From: a virus
Lineage: Duplodnaviria > Caudoviricetes
Virus record (IMG/VR): IMGVR_UViG_3300037195_000370
Location: 1-59,022 of that record
Length of the DNA stretch: 59,022 bases
Direction: 5' to 3' (one strand)
Shown: piece after piece, positions 28,242 to 37,098 of the stretch
Layout of the letters: every line of letters starts with the position of its first letter
Numbering within the stretch: position 1 is the first letter of the stretch
Notes under the pieces: model-generated
The model's database searches: none
What the model was told of the DNA's origin: nothing
The model's input: only the letters and a program-made list of their open reading frames with translations
Translations under genes and position numbers: made by a program

Positions 28242-28434
28242 TCATGTCCCTCCAAAGTTGCTTGGTCAGCTTCCCGAGTTCTATCGCCATCAGGATGAAG
28301 AACGACTCAATACCGCCGACCAGGAAGATGTTGATCCATGTGATTGGTAGGTCTTTTATCACTAAAAGAACTACCAACGGCCCTGCCACACAGAACGTGA
28401 TGGATCCAGTCAGAGCTATCAGAAACTTGTCCAC
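28222..28434 (-). CDS. Hypothetical membrane protein
   Basis: Two hydrophobic segments; overlaps its neighbours. Confidence 0.55.
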   Translation of the reverse strand: MDKFLIALTGSITFCVAGPLVVLLVIKDLPITWINIFLVGGIESFFILMAIELGKLTKQLWRDMNDTRND

Positions 28435-28751
28435 GTGACCATTCTCTGAATTTCCACCAAGGACGATTTTGCGTCCACAGAGTTGCCTTCCCTGTCCGAA
28501 CCAAGGATCAGGCCATTGCCAGCGAGCAGTTGACCGTCGATGTTGAACAACCGCATCTTCGGCTTGAGTAGTCCTTCATCATCGACATACAGGGTATCTC
28601 CGTTCGGCCAGTAGGTCGCCATCGTGAAGATGTGAACCTTCGGTCCGAGAGGGTTGGAGAGCAGACGATAGATATCTTCTATCGTCTCACCACATTCAAC
28701 CTCAGTGATCGTCTTCAGCCACGGGTCAATGAGAATTCCACGCATGTTCAC
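28419..28751 (-). CDS. DUF3846-like protein
   Basis: GILIDP, LYVDDEGL and LAGNGLILG motifs. Confidence 0.75.
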   Translation of the reverse strand: MNMRGILIDPWLKTITEVECGETIEDIYRLLSNPLGPKVHIFTMATYWPNGDTLYVDDEGLLKPKMRLFNIDGQLLAGNGLILGSDREGNSVDAKSSLVEIQRMVTWTSF

Positions 28752-28974
28752 CTCCTAGTATGTGCTTGGCGGCTTCCTTGAGGAACTCGCCATAGCCGTG
28801 ACGGTCGATCAGCAGACGCGCCTCGGTCTGTTCGGCCTTGAACCCGGCCATCTCCAGCCGTCTTGCGTCAACGCACATCTCGGCCATCTCCTCACCGTCT
28901 GCCCACTTGGCATCCGGCGCGATCTCCTGCGACACTTGGTTCAGTGCCGATTTAAGCTCTTTCGAGAATTCCAT
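28726..28974 (-). CDS. Hypothetical protein
   Basis: ORF in the tightly packed early array. Confidence 0.6.
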   Translation of the reverse strand: MEFSKELKSALNQVSQEIAPDAKWADGEEMAEMCVDARRLEMAGFKAEQTEARLLIDRHGYGEFLKEAAKHILGGEHAWNSH

Positions 28975-29020
28975 TGTCCACCATATCGGTTGCGTCAGAC
29001 GTGAAGTTCAGCGGCCTGTT

Positions 29021-29287
29021 TCATGTGCCAAGGTTCTCCCGCGACTTGCGGATCAGGTCGTTGGTCATCTTGGAGAAGACTACCGGGTCCGACTTGCCAT
29101 GCACGATCGAGAACAACGCTGGATCATATCCAGCGTTCTGCACCCAGCCCTCTTTCTGGATCAGGGCGGCTTTCTCACGCTGTTCAGGCGTGTCGAGCTT
29201 GATACCCGGCATCGTCTTGAACTTGCTCGTGGACGTGATGGTCAGCATCAGCCGCCCATCGTAGTAGAGTCGTGTTGCTTCTGCCAT
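29021..29287 (-). CDS. Hypothetical protein
   Basis: Start MAEATRL (AAGGAG SD), downstream of a TTGTCC-N17-TATTAT promoter. Confidence 0.7.
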   Translation of the reverse strand: MAEATRLYYDGRLMLTITSTSKFKTMPGIKLDTPEQREKAALIQKEGWVQNAGYDPALFSIVHGKSDPVVFSKMTNDLIRKSRENLGT

Positions 29288-29402
29288 GTCTCTCTCCTTT
29301 GGCTTTTTAATAATAGCATAAGAGCCGGGCCGGGACAAATTCGCAATGTCCTGGCCCGACAATAATGCGTCACTCCGGTCCCGCGCTTGCGCGAGGGGAG
29401 GT

Positions 29403-29504
29403 CGGGCTACCACTCAGAGCCCGCCAGAGCCGCATCTGCTGGGGTTACTAGGCCACTACCCAGCTAGGCCGTCCAAGCGCCTCCTGGACGCGCTCAGAGC
29501 GTCC
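29403..29504. repeat. Dispersed GC-rich element
   Basis: ctcagagc..ccagagc arm, TC/GA-free core with TACC/CTAG, cctggacgcgctcagagcgtcc arm. Confidence 0.6.
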
Positions 29505-29662
29505 TTGCTATCACCACGGCCAGCCCCAGCCAAAGCACCGTCGGCCACAGCCACCTGAGCCACAGAGGTCTTGTGTCCAACTTGCAGACATAGGGTCTCA
29601 TCCGCTTCTTGTTCATTCGTCTCCACCGAACTGCCTCCGGGTCCGGATCAGCCCAGGACCAC

Positions 29663-29983
29663 TTATTCTCCACGGGACACCGGCGTCTCATCATCCCAAG
29701 CACGATCAAGCAGGTTGGCTGCTTCCGCTGCAAGAATGACGACACGATCCGGTAGCTCGGTCAGCTCGAAGCGGTAGTGGAAGTCGGGCGAATACCAGCC
29801 GCATGCTTCCACGATGACGACCTTGCCACGGCGACAGACAGTGAACTGCGCCATCTCGGTGCCAGCCACATGGTCCATGTAGTTCGTCACGCCGTTCCAG
29901 ATCACTTCGTTCTTGTTCTCGTCGTAGAAGGCATACATGCAATAGCTGTCGTCGCCCTCAACGGGCAGATATTCAAGTTTCAT
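29663..29983 (-). CDS. Hypothetical protein
   Basis: GAGGTG SD; follows a TTTTCA-type promoter. Confidence 0.7.
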   Translation of the reverse strand: MKLEYLPVEGDDSYCMYAFYDENKNEVIWNGVTNYMDHVAGTEMAQFTVCRRGKVVIVEACGWYSPDFHYRFELTELPDRVVILAAEAANLLDRAWDDETPVSRGE

Positions 29984-30018
29984 GTTTCACCTCGTTGGTT
30001 AGCGTTTACCGTGCCACC

Positions 30019-30052
30019 AGTAAACCATGCGAAACTAGCCGTGAAAACTCTT
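30019..30052 (-). promoter_or_regulatory. TTTTCA-type promoter
   Basis: AAGAG-TTTTCA-N17-TTTACT. Confidence 0.55.
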
Positions 30053-30331
30053 ATTGGTCGCATCGAAGTAGGTAAAGAACTTATGGCAAATATCACTCAC
30101 TTCAATGTTAGCGATCTCGTTAACCTCCGAACCTGAAGGTGCTACGATAGATCCCATCTCGTTAACATAGATTTCATGCTCCAAAGTGCCTTCTGGGCAT
30201 TTCACTTCAAAGAGAAGAGCTCTAGTCACTTTATTCCCAGAGTGAACGAGCGCATGTGCGAGAGCTTCCCAATCTTTGGTCCCACGACCCCATGACATGC
30301 GGTCAGTCGCTACGATGTAGAAGGTATTCAT
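30035..30331 (-). CDS. Hypothetical protein
   Basis: 98-aa ORF with SD; WGRG motif. Confidence 0.7.
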   Translation of the reverse strand: MNTFYIVATDRMSWGRGTKDWEALAHALVHSGNKVTRALLFEVKCPEGTLEHEIYVNEMGSIVAPSGSEVNEIANIEVSDICHKFFTYFDATNKSFHG

Positions 30332-30510
30332 TTCTTTTCCTTTCCGAAGGAATGCGCCCTATACGATTAGAGAGCATTTCGATTTCATCATCTGTCATCG
30401 CACTTTCATAGATCACAGCCGTCATTATGTCGGCGAACTGTTTTCCAGATAGTGAAATAGCGATGATCAGTAGTTCAACAGCATCACGCTGAGCCTTCGT
30501 TATCTGCATT
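30303..30510 (-). CDS. Hypothetical protein
   Basis: Probable start MQITKAQ within the tracked 30303..30584 ORF; start is approximate. Confidence 0.5.
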
Positions 30511-30666
30511 TCATTCCAGCGATATATCCTTGACGGAAAGCGATCGCCTCTTCTTTGGTGTCGAACTCCTTGATGTAGTTCCAAGCTGCACCACCGAAGT
30601 TAGTTTCATACTTGGAATAGACACCCCACTTCGTGGAATTTTCGATTTCTTTCACCTTGATTTCCA

Positions 30667-30921
30667 TCAGATCATTCCCTTAATTCCTAGGACCTCACGC
30701 TGCTTTTCGGGGAGCTCCGCATTCATCTCCATGACCTCACGCATACGACGCCTCACCTTGGGCAGCCAGACGATCTCACAGGGAGAGTTCACGGCCAAAG
30801 CGTGATCCAGCGTGTAGTAGGTCTCGCAGTAGGTCGGATTATCCATGTCGTTCATGAACCAATACTGCTTTTCACCAGTATCGGGCGAAACACCGATATC
30901 AACATACCACTTTTTCATCAT
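30667..30921 (-). CDS. Hypothetical protein
   Basis: Coupled to its neighbours. Confidence 0.65.
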   Translation of the reverse strand: MMKKWYVDIGVSPDTGEKQYWFMNDMDNPTYCETYYTLDHALAVNSPCEIVWLPKVRRRMREVMEMNAELPEKQREVLGIKGMI

Positions 30922-31139
30922 TCAACCCTCCAGATCCGAGCACCGTTACCTTCAGTTCTGGTGCGAAATTTCCAACCTTTACGCTTTCGCCAGTGAGAGG
31001 CAGCGTTTTGAAGTTGATTGGTGGTCTTGCCTTCAACGAAGAAGCTATCGCCCACTTCCATTTCGGCGAAGGGATACAACGCTCCATTTCCCGTGGTCTC
31101 GGGAATTGGAATGTTCTTTTCAATTTTAATTTCTGGCAT
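30918..31139 (-). CDS. Small conserved phage protein, possibly DNA-binding
   Basis: IEKNIPIP...YPFAEMEVGDSF...ARIWRVE motif. Confidence 0.75.
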   Translation of the reverse strand: MPEIKIEKNIPIPETTGNGALYPFAEMEVGDSFFVEGKTTNQLQNAASHWRKRKGWKFRTRTEGNGARIWRVE

Positions 31140-31174
31140 GGCTTTTTCCTCTCTTGTTTAAGCCCCATACTTAC

Positions 31175-31207
31175 ACTATACCCTGCGAAAATTGGCTTGA
31201 AAATTCT
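31175..31207 (-). promoter_or_regulatory. TTTTCA-type promoter
   Basis: AGAA-TTTTCA-AGCCAATTTTCGCAGGG-TATAGT; near-copy of 32655-32688. Confidence 0.7.
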
Positions 31208-31448
31208 AATTTATCACTTCTTCCCAATGCTCATAGTCGAACATCTCAGGAACCCATTCGTCAATTATGAGGATCGTCTCCAGACGTTGCCTTTTCCCTA
31301 AGTCGGGGCGGAAGAGCACCCCAACCCGAAATTTGAGAACACCTTCCATCAGCTTCTGTTCTAGAAGAGTTCCTGGAACGTGATCACCAAGATCTGGTCC
31401 AACGTAGTATCCCTTGGGTTGAAAGGCGACTTTGTGATTCTGTTCCAT
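31206..31448 (-). CDS. Hypothetical protein
   Basis: Probable start MEQNHK (GAGG SD). Confidence 0.5.
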   Translation of the reverse strand: MEQNHKVAFQPKGYYVGPDLGDHVPGTLLEQKLMEGVLKFRVGVLFRPDLGKRQRLETILIIDEWVPEMFDYEHWEEVIN

Positions 31449-31483
31449 ACCGCCTCGCCAAAACCCAATTCTTACTCCTGCAC

Positions 31484-31886
31484 TTATCCTAGCCATTCGG
31501 GCCAACCTCGCTTATCTGTTTTCCATCTTTCTTGAATATAGGTTCAGGAACTGGTAGATCACTGAAATCTAAACCTTGTCTGGCGCTGTTCTGGAATAGA
31601 TTCTATGAACTGTCGTATGTATTCTGTGCGATATCCAGAAGCATGGAAAGTTCTGCCATTCTTCTATTAGCGTAACGGCATGGGCAAAGCACCATGCAAA
31701 ATTAGACCTCGTAGCGCCCACCCAGAGGGTCACTGGATGGTGCTGATGCGTTGGCCTGCACAACATACCCGGCCCAACCTCAACGCCGCTGCTGGACGTC
31801 CTCAGAAGGGCTGTTGACATCGTAGAATTGCATTCCATAAGAGCCTTATCGTCAAGATACATTGCGGATAGTTGATCCAGGTTCAT
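31484..31886 (-). pseudogene. Degraded pyrimidine-dimer DNA glycosylase (DenV-like family)
   Basis: YLDDK, PTHQHHPVTLWV and TRSNFAW in one frame; NSARQGLDFSDLPV and YIQERWKTDKRGWPEWL in the two other frames. Confidence 0.7.
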
Positions 31887-32203
31887 GTTTCAACTTCTCC
31901 ATACTCGGAGGCAGTTTCAATCGCTGCGTTCAAGATCTCTTGCCCCTCTGGGAACAAATCTGCGAATTGATCTTCGGTGAGTTCTACCGGCTTCGCGTTT
32001 TCGAGAATGATCTTGACTTTCTCAACCTCCCAAACAGGACTGGAAGGTGGTTCGTAGAACTCAGGAGCCTCGAATTTGCTGCCTCCGGGATCACCTGGAG
32101 ATGTGCATACCAGAGTGATCAAAAGCATCACGTTATTGGGCTCTTCATCATTGTCATTGTAGATCAAGAAATCTTCATATTCGTAGAAGTAATTTCCATA
32201 CAT
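31883..32203 (-). CDS. Hypothetical acidic protein
   Basis: Probable start MYGNYF (GGAGG SD). Confidence 0.65.
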   Translation of the reverse strand: MYGNYFYEYEDFLIYNDNDEEPNNVMLLITLVCTSPGDPGGSKFEAPEFYEPPSSPVWEVEKVKIILENAKPVELTEDQFADLFPEGQEILNAAIETASEYGEVET

Positions 32204-32204
32204 C

Positions 32205-32426
32205 TTAGCCCTCCACCTTGTGAAGTTCGCCCTTCTCGTTGCGAACGTATTTCTGTCCGAAGCCTGTTCCAAGCTTACCGATACCATTGAGCTTCCACGA
32301 TTTTTCAGTCATGGTAGCCCAAGGACCATATTTCGTTGCAGCATCGTAGACGACTTCGCCAACTTTCATGGTGAAAAAGTCGCCGAAGTCGTCCTGATGC
32401 AGCTTTTCAGCCGACACGTATCTCAC
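32205..32426 (-). CDS. Hypothetical protein
   Basis: YDAATKYGPWATM...GKLGTGFGQKY conserved small phage motif. Confidence 0.75.
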   Translation of the reverse strand: MRYVSAEKLHQDDFGDFFTMKVGEVVYDAATKYGPWATMTEKSWKLNGIGKLGTGFGQKYVRNEKGELHKVEG

Positions 32427-32635
32427 GAGAGAAACTCTTCAATGTCGGCGAGAGCCAGCTTGTATTGACCGCGCTTGTATTTCTTGCCGGTGATTTGGCT
32501 CGCCGCTTTGAGGATCTGGGTGCCGCTGAGCTTGGAATTTTTCATGCCCAAGGCGAGCATCTTGAGATGCCCCTTGAGAAAAACGGCCGCAAGACGGTTG
32601 TCGGGTTGAATGAGAGTTACCATTTTCACCTCCAT
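32423..32635 (-). CDS. Hypothetical protein
   Basis: Basic 70 aa; GMKNS...ITGKKYKRGQY. Confidence 0.75.
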   Translation of the reverse strand: MEVKMVTLIQPDNRLAAVFLKGHLKMLALGMKNSKLSGTQILKAASQITGKKYKRGQYKLALADIEEFLS

Positions 32636-32654
32636 GGTTTGGTAGCCATACTTA

Positions 32655-32688
32655 CTTATAGCCTGCGAAAAACGGCTTGAAAATTCTT
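32655..32688 (-). promoter_or_regulatory. TTTTCA-type promoter
   Basis: AAGAA-TTTTCA-AGCCGTTTTTCGCAGGC-TATAAG. Confidence 0.7.
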
Positions 32689-32693
32689 ATTTC

Positions 32694-32817
32694 TCAGCCA
32701 AACATTCTGTCCATGAGATAGGCTGTATCGATGTGATCTTTATCTTTATCTTTCTCATTATCAAAAAATGATGCCTTCTGTATTGGAGTTATTCCAGACG
32801 ATCCAGTATTCTTTCAT
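32694..32817 (-). pseudogene. Small ORF frameshifted in a T6 run
   Basis: MKEYWIVWNNSNTEGIIF then stop; removing one T continues as DNEKDKDKDHIDTAYLMDRMFG. Confidence 0.4.
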
Positions 32818-33026
32818 GGTTTCTTATCCCAACTTTGAAACCTGCCATCAAAGAATTCTTCGGCAGGTCGGACCCAGACAGGTCCTCCATCTTCTTGTTG
32901 ATAAATCACTACCGGCTCAAGAGACGACTCTAACAGGCCATGATGCAGGATCACATACATCTTGCCCGTTTTCTTGTGAACCCACGTCACCCTCTCTGGG
33001 TGACTGCTCGGATCGGCTATCGTCAT
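32814..33026 (-). CDS. DUF1653-like protein
   Basis: HKKTGKMY...VVIYQ...VWVRPAEEFFDGRF. Confidence 0.8.
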   Translation of the reverse strand: MTIADPSSHPERVTWVHKKTGKMYVILHHGLLESSLEPVVIYQQEDGGPVWVRPAEEFFDGRFQSWDKKP

Positions 33027-33231
33027 AGAATCTTAACTCCTCTACATTAATTCGACCTATTGGATCCTTAGATGTGAGATAGTGAGGTTGATAGTGTTGA
33101 GCAGAAACTATGTTTCCCTCGCTATCAAGCCCAAGACAGATACACATGCCATCAGATTTCTGAGAGATCACGATCCAGATATCGCTGGGTCCTGGTCCTC
33201 TTCTTGGATATATGTTACCGATCAAGTTCAC
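32917..33231 (-). CDS. Hypothetical protein
   Basis: Fills the gap after the ATPase; 3' part overlaps the DUF1653 gene. Confidence 0.5.
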   Translation of the reverse strand: MNLIGNIYPRRGPGPSDIWIVISQKSDGMCICLGLDSEGNIVSAQHYQPHYLTSKDPIGRINVEELRFYDDSRSEQSPREGDVGSQENGQDVCDPASWPVRVVS

Positions 33232-34363
33232 GTTTCACCAACTCCAGAATTTTGTCGAAAAGAAACTGCTGCATTCCACGACTTTCATCATGGTATCCCA
33301 TCTTATCGTGGATCCACTCCTCATACATTGTGATAGCTAGAAAATCAACTCCGTTAGCGATTGTCTGACGAGTTATCAGCATCTTTCCGTCTTTCGCTTG
33401 GGCATAAATTCCAGGACCAAGCGTTTCAACGAAAGTGAAGTCATCAGGTTTTGCATAGCAATTCAAAGCTTTGAGAATTCTAAACGCTGAATTCACCACA
33501 GCTTCTTGCTCTGGAGTCAAGGTGAATGTGTCCCATTCGGTAACTTTTCTATGTCTTAGAAGCATACTCTTACGATCTTCTTTCATAAGAGCGTTTGCCC
33601 TATGCTTCTCTAACGCATCGAGGAATTCTTCGCTTGGATCATAGCAGTCTGAAAAATCAAGGGAAACTTCGTATCCATCCCAATTAGGATCAACAATTCC
33701 GTTAGCGAACGCTGGATCTGGTATCCTGGGAAGTCTCATAGAAAGCTTGTAGTTAAGATCATAGGCAGAAGCCAAGGTTCGATCCTCAGTCAAGCTCATA
33801 GGACAGGTTAGATTATAGGTAAAGCGACTCGGTTCTGGCAGTCTGTGAACACGAACTCCTCGATAGTAAACAAATTCGGATTTACCTCGATGGACCTCGA
33901 CTCCTTGTCCGACTATCCACGGATCGTTCTGTAGAAAGATACCTCCTCTTTCAGCATGGACCTGATCAATTTCAGGGCCAGAGACTGCGAAAACAGTATC
34001 GTCTTTCTTGTAATGAGTGGAAACACTTCCCATCTCATCCATGGTGTTTGAATACAATTCGCGATAAGCCTGCCAGACTTGCCAATTCTTGCCGAGTTCT
34101 GTTGTGAACCCAAGCTGTTCATCATTCATGCAGACAATGTGAAACTCTTTACCACGAATACTCTTGCTTATTTTGTTGAATTCGTATTTCTCACCTGCTG
34201 AGATCAGAGTAACAGCATGATCTGTTCTAAGCAGAGTTGCGATTGCATATTTGAGACCGGTTCCGAAGAAACCTATCGGGTTATCAGTTTCTTTTACAGA
34301 AACACCCATTGTCTTTATGACATCTAGGTCAATGACTCCAGGATTAGAGAAATATACCGTCAT
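33215..34363 (-). CDS. GHKL/HATPase-like ATP-binding protein
   Basis: IGFFGTGLKYAIA motif; AYRELYSNTMDE. Confidence 0.75.
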   Translation of the reverse strand: MTVYFSNPGVIDLDVIKTMGVSVKETDNPIGFFGTGLKYAIATLLRTDHAVTLISAGEKYEFNKISKSIRGKEFHIVCMNDEQLGFTTELGKNWQVWQAYRELYSNTMDEMGSVSTHYKKDDTVFAVSGPEIDQVHAERGGIFLQNDPWIVGQGVEVHRGKSEFVYYRGVRVHRLPEPSRFTYNLTCPMSLTEDRTLASAYDLNYKLSMRLPRIPDPAFANGIVDPNWDGYEVSLDFSDCYDPSEEFLDALEKHRANALMKEDRKSMLLRHRKVTEWDTFTLTPEQEAVVNSAFRILKALNCYAKPDDFTFVETLGPGIYAQAKDGKMLITRQTIANGVDFLAITMYEEWIHDKMGYHDESRGMQQFLFDKILELVKRELDR

Positions 34364-34364
34364 T

Positions 34365-35078
34365 TCAGGCCCCTATTGCTTTTCTTCCGCCCGGTCCATT
34401 CTTGATTGGGCGATTCAGGTTAACACGATCTCCGGCCTTGCGACCTTCATTCATTGCAGACCCGTCAGCCATAATTCCGCGATTAGTGGCTTTCTTGAGT
34501 CTTAGCTCAGGAAGCATTTCTTTCATTCCAGCTTCCACCAACTCCATCTTCTTGACTACTAGATCAGTTCCAGTGCTAGGGCTGACCTCACGAGCAGACA
34601 TTAGATCTATGAGCTTGGTATTGATCCTTTCGGCCATGCCCAGCATGAAGGACCAGTATTCTCTGTGTCTCGATACTCCAGGACGAGGGGGATTATCCTT
34701 GAGATAACCTTTCCACTCTCGGTTCATCGAATCGTGAACAAGCTTTACAAGAAACTCGAACATTTCAACGTCGCCGTTAAACCCGAAAGCGTTTGAGCTT
34801 CTGCTTGCGACGCTATACCATGCCTTCACACCGCAGAACTTCGCAATCATTGCGACGCAGAACTTGGAGCATGGATGTTCAGATTTGATCCCATACTGGA
34901 ACTCTCCTTCTTTCATGTCGCGCTTTGCTTCGGCGACCTCCAGGTCAGCTTCAGTCAAACCATGCTCTGTCATAAGCTTGTCGGCCTTGGCGAGAGCCGC
35001 CATTGCCTCAGCTTCGCTTGCCCCGCGCTCCTCAATCATGTTGCGCAGGGCAATGATTTTTGCCCGAATATCACCCAT
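34365..35078 (-). CDS. DUF2786-domain protein
   Basis: KIIAL...EAEAMAALAKADKLMTEHGL; GRKAGDRVNL. Confidence 0.8.
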   Translation of the reverse strand: MGDIRAKIIALRNMIEERGASEAEAMAALAKADKLMTEHGLTEADLEVAEAKRDMKEGEFQYGIKSEHPCSKFCVAMIAKFCGVKAWYSVASRSSNAFGFNGDVEMFEFLVKLVHDSMNREWKGYLKDNPPRPGVSRHREYWSFMLGMAERINTKLIDLMSAREVSPSTGTDLVVKKMELVEAGMKEMLPELRLKKATNRGIMADGSAMNEGRKAGDRVNLNRPIKNGPGGRKAIGA

Positions 35079-35259
35079 TGATAATCACCCCGTTGAAAAA
35101 CCCGTTAGCAGAAACGATGTATCCCTTGCCTTCGAGAACATCATCGAGAAAGTCCTCGGCATCATAATCGTCCCTGAAAACCACGCAGGTCTTCTTGTCA
35201 AGCTTAACAATATCGTAGGGAGTATCGAACGGCTGTCCGTTCTTGCGAAAGAATTTCAT
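35071..35259 (-). CDS. Hypothetical protein
   Basis: GAGGAG SD after a TTTTCA-type promoter. Confidence 0.7.
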   Translation of the reverse strand: MKFFRKNGQPFDTPYDIVKLDKKTCVVFRDDYDAEDFLDDVLEGKGYIVSANGFFNGVIING

Positions 35260-35288
35260 GGTGCTCCTCGTTTAGTTGCCATATGTAT

Positions 35289-35322
35289 AGGGTAGCTTAC
35301 GAAGCAGCGCATGAAAATTCTT
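35289..35322 (-). promoter_or_regulatory. TTTTCA-type promoter
   Basis: AAGAA-TTTTCA-N17-TACCCT. Confidence 0.55.
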
Positions 35323-35328
35323 ATTTGT

Positions 35329-35625
35329 CTAAGCTGAGACAGCCTTTTTAATTAAGGTGCGAACGCCTATTGGAATGACCTTTTTATTCTTAGTGATTGT
35401 AATCTCGTATCCGATGTAATCTAAGATCTTGAATAGAGTTCTGGGCCGAGGCCAGATCGTTCTTCCGGATCTGAAAGCATAAATCGTTGATGGTGAAAGT
35501 CCAAGATCGAACGACATTTCTTCCACATCGTAGTGGTAGCATTCCAGCCTAGCTTCTCTCAAGAACTCAAGGGCTTTCTCGTGTTCAGGTGACATAGATG
35601 TAGACTCCAAACCATTCTTCTCCAT
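35329..35625 (-). CDS. HTH DNA-binding protein
   Basis: VEEMSFDLGLSPSTIYAFRSGRTIWPR, Xre-like HTH. Confidence 0.7.
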   Translation of the reverse strand: MEKNGLESTSMSPEHEKALEFLREARLECYHYDVEEMSFDLGLSPSTIYAFRSGRTIWPRPRTLFKILDYIGYEITITKNKKVIPIGVRTLIKKAVSA

Positions 35626-35818
35626 CTTTGATATCCAGTTGGTCAGTGTTGTGATAAACCCAATCGTAGAACCTACGATCTTTGATCCACTCGTAACGAA
35701 ACATGAACTCTGTTTGCTTCTCTCTTATGAAAGAAGCCCATCTTTCCCTCGCATCCATTGGGATTTTATTTCCCATTGCTTTGAGAAACTTATCTTTCAA
35801 AACTTCGTGAGTGATCAA
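35585..35818 (-). CDS. Hypothetical protein
   Basis: Coupled to the ligase stop codon. Confidence 0.55.
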   Translation of the reverse strand: MITHEVLKDKFLKAMGNKIPMDARERWASFIREKQTEFMFRYEWIKDRRFYDWVYHNTDQLDIKDGEEWFGVYIYVT

Positions 35819-36732
35819 AACAATTCACCTTGCATATCATCAGGATCTCTGAAGCCCAAGAATACGGGAAACCTTGGTGCGTCTTTAACGCCGACTTCAA
35901 AGTATTTGAATTTCACAATCTTACCAATCAACTCAGACCTTTTCTCCCAGAAGAGTTGCCTTTGTTGAGCAGACAGTCCGGTTCCGATTCGGACAAACTC
36001 ACTCGTCAAATTTTTGACATTGTGTTTTACCTCGAAAGCGCCGAGAGTTCCTTTGCCGATCAAGTTTTCTTTGTGACCGCTGTGCTCTGTATATCCTAGC
36101 TCATTGATGGTCGCAGGATTTGCGTTGTGCATTTCTTCATGGCAAGCTACGATAACGCCTTCGGCGTCTGCAAACCGTTTCAGCTTGATCAGCTCGCCCT
36201 TCTTGGGCGATGATCTCCCATATTTGTAAGGAGTATCACGTCTTCGAAGTATTACGCCTTCATATCCCTGATTTAGCCATTTAGTCTCATACTCTTCTAG
36301 CATTTTGAGATCTGAGACCAACACTGTTTGAACGACTTCTACCCAATCAGGGAATTGGTCCATCAAAGAAAGAATGTCACTGTATCTGTTATCGTAGTTA
36401 GACTCAGAATGCTGCCAGACATCGAAAACTTGAAGCGACATATTCGAGATATCTGAATTCTCGTATGACATAACTGCCGAACTTGTTCTCCGGTAACAAT
36501 CCGGCGCGGTTTTATCTCCGACAATTATCTCGGCATCTAGACCTCTCAGAACAGGAGTATGCCTTATCAGTGATTGAAGTTCAATGTTTCTCACAGGTTT
36601 CAGACTGCGAGTATATGCGTATCCGTCACTCCCAATAAGAATACGAATTCCGTCAAGCTTCGGTTGAGCCCAGAACGGGAACATACTCTCATGGATATCT
36701 GGATCCCACTTACAGGCTAGCATCGGCTTCAT
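35815..36732 (-). CDS. ATP-dependent DNA ligase
   Basis: QPKLDGIR, EGVILR, KLKRF, IGTGL and RFPVF motifs. Confidence 0.95.
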   Translation of the reverse strand: MKPMLACKWDPDIHESMFPFWAQPKLDGIRILIGSDGYAYTRSLKPVRNIELQSLIRHTPVLRGLDAEIIVGDKTAPDCYRRTSSAVMSYENSDISNMSLQVFDVWQHSESNYDNRYSDILSLMDQFPDWVEVVQTVLVSDLKMLEEYETKWLNQGYEGVILRRRDTPYKYGRSSPKKGELIKLKRFADAEGVIVACHEEMHNANPATINELGYTEHSGHKENLIGKGTLGAFEVKHNVKNLTSEFVRIGTGLSAQQRQLFWEKRSELIGKIVKFKYFEVGVKDAPRFPVFLGFRDPDDMQGELF

Positions 36733-36932
36733 ATGAATACGAACCTCATAGCTTGAAGGATTGAAGCTTCTTCCTCAGGTGTTAGATCTACTGTTTCGAA
36801 CAGAACACGACCCTTATCTGGATTATTCTCAGCGTATGATTTGGTTACTTGTTCTTCAAACATAACGAAGCTGCTTTGATATTGGTCATTGCCTTTGACT
36901 GACCAAGGTATGATCCAGAAGTTGCTAAACAT
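36729..36932 (-). CDS. Hypothetical protein
   Basis: Downstream of a TATAAT -10 at about 36967-36972. Confidence 0.6.
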   Translation of the reverse strand: MFSNFWIIPWSVKGNDQYQSSFVMFEEQVTKSYAENNPDKGRVLFETVDLTPEEEASILQAMRFVFI

Positions 36933-37007
36933 TCTCGAGTAGCCTCTTTTTGCTGTTTACACGATAATTATACCGCAGCGGCACATGGCTGACCAATTCT
37001 AGTTATC

Positions 37008-37098
37008 CCAGGGCGTCCGGAGAGCGTCCAGGAGGCCCTTGGACATGCTGGCTGCACCCTTACCCTACCAACGGCATCCAGCGGCGTCTGAGGGCCTT
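37008..37098. repeat. Dispersed GC-rich element
   Basis: ccttggacatgctgg-N20-cggcatccagcg, collinear with the reverse complement of 44651-44716. Confidence 0.7.
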
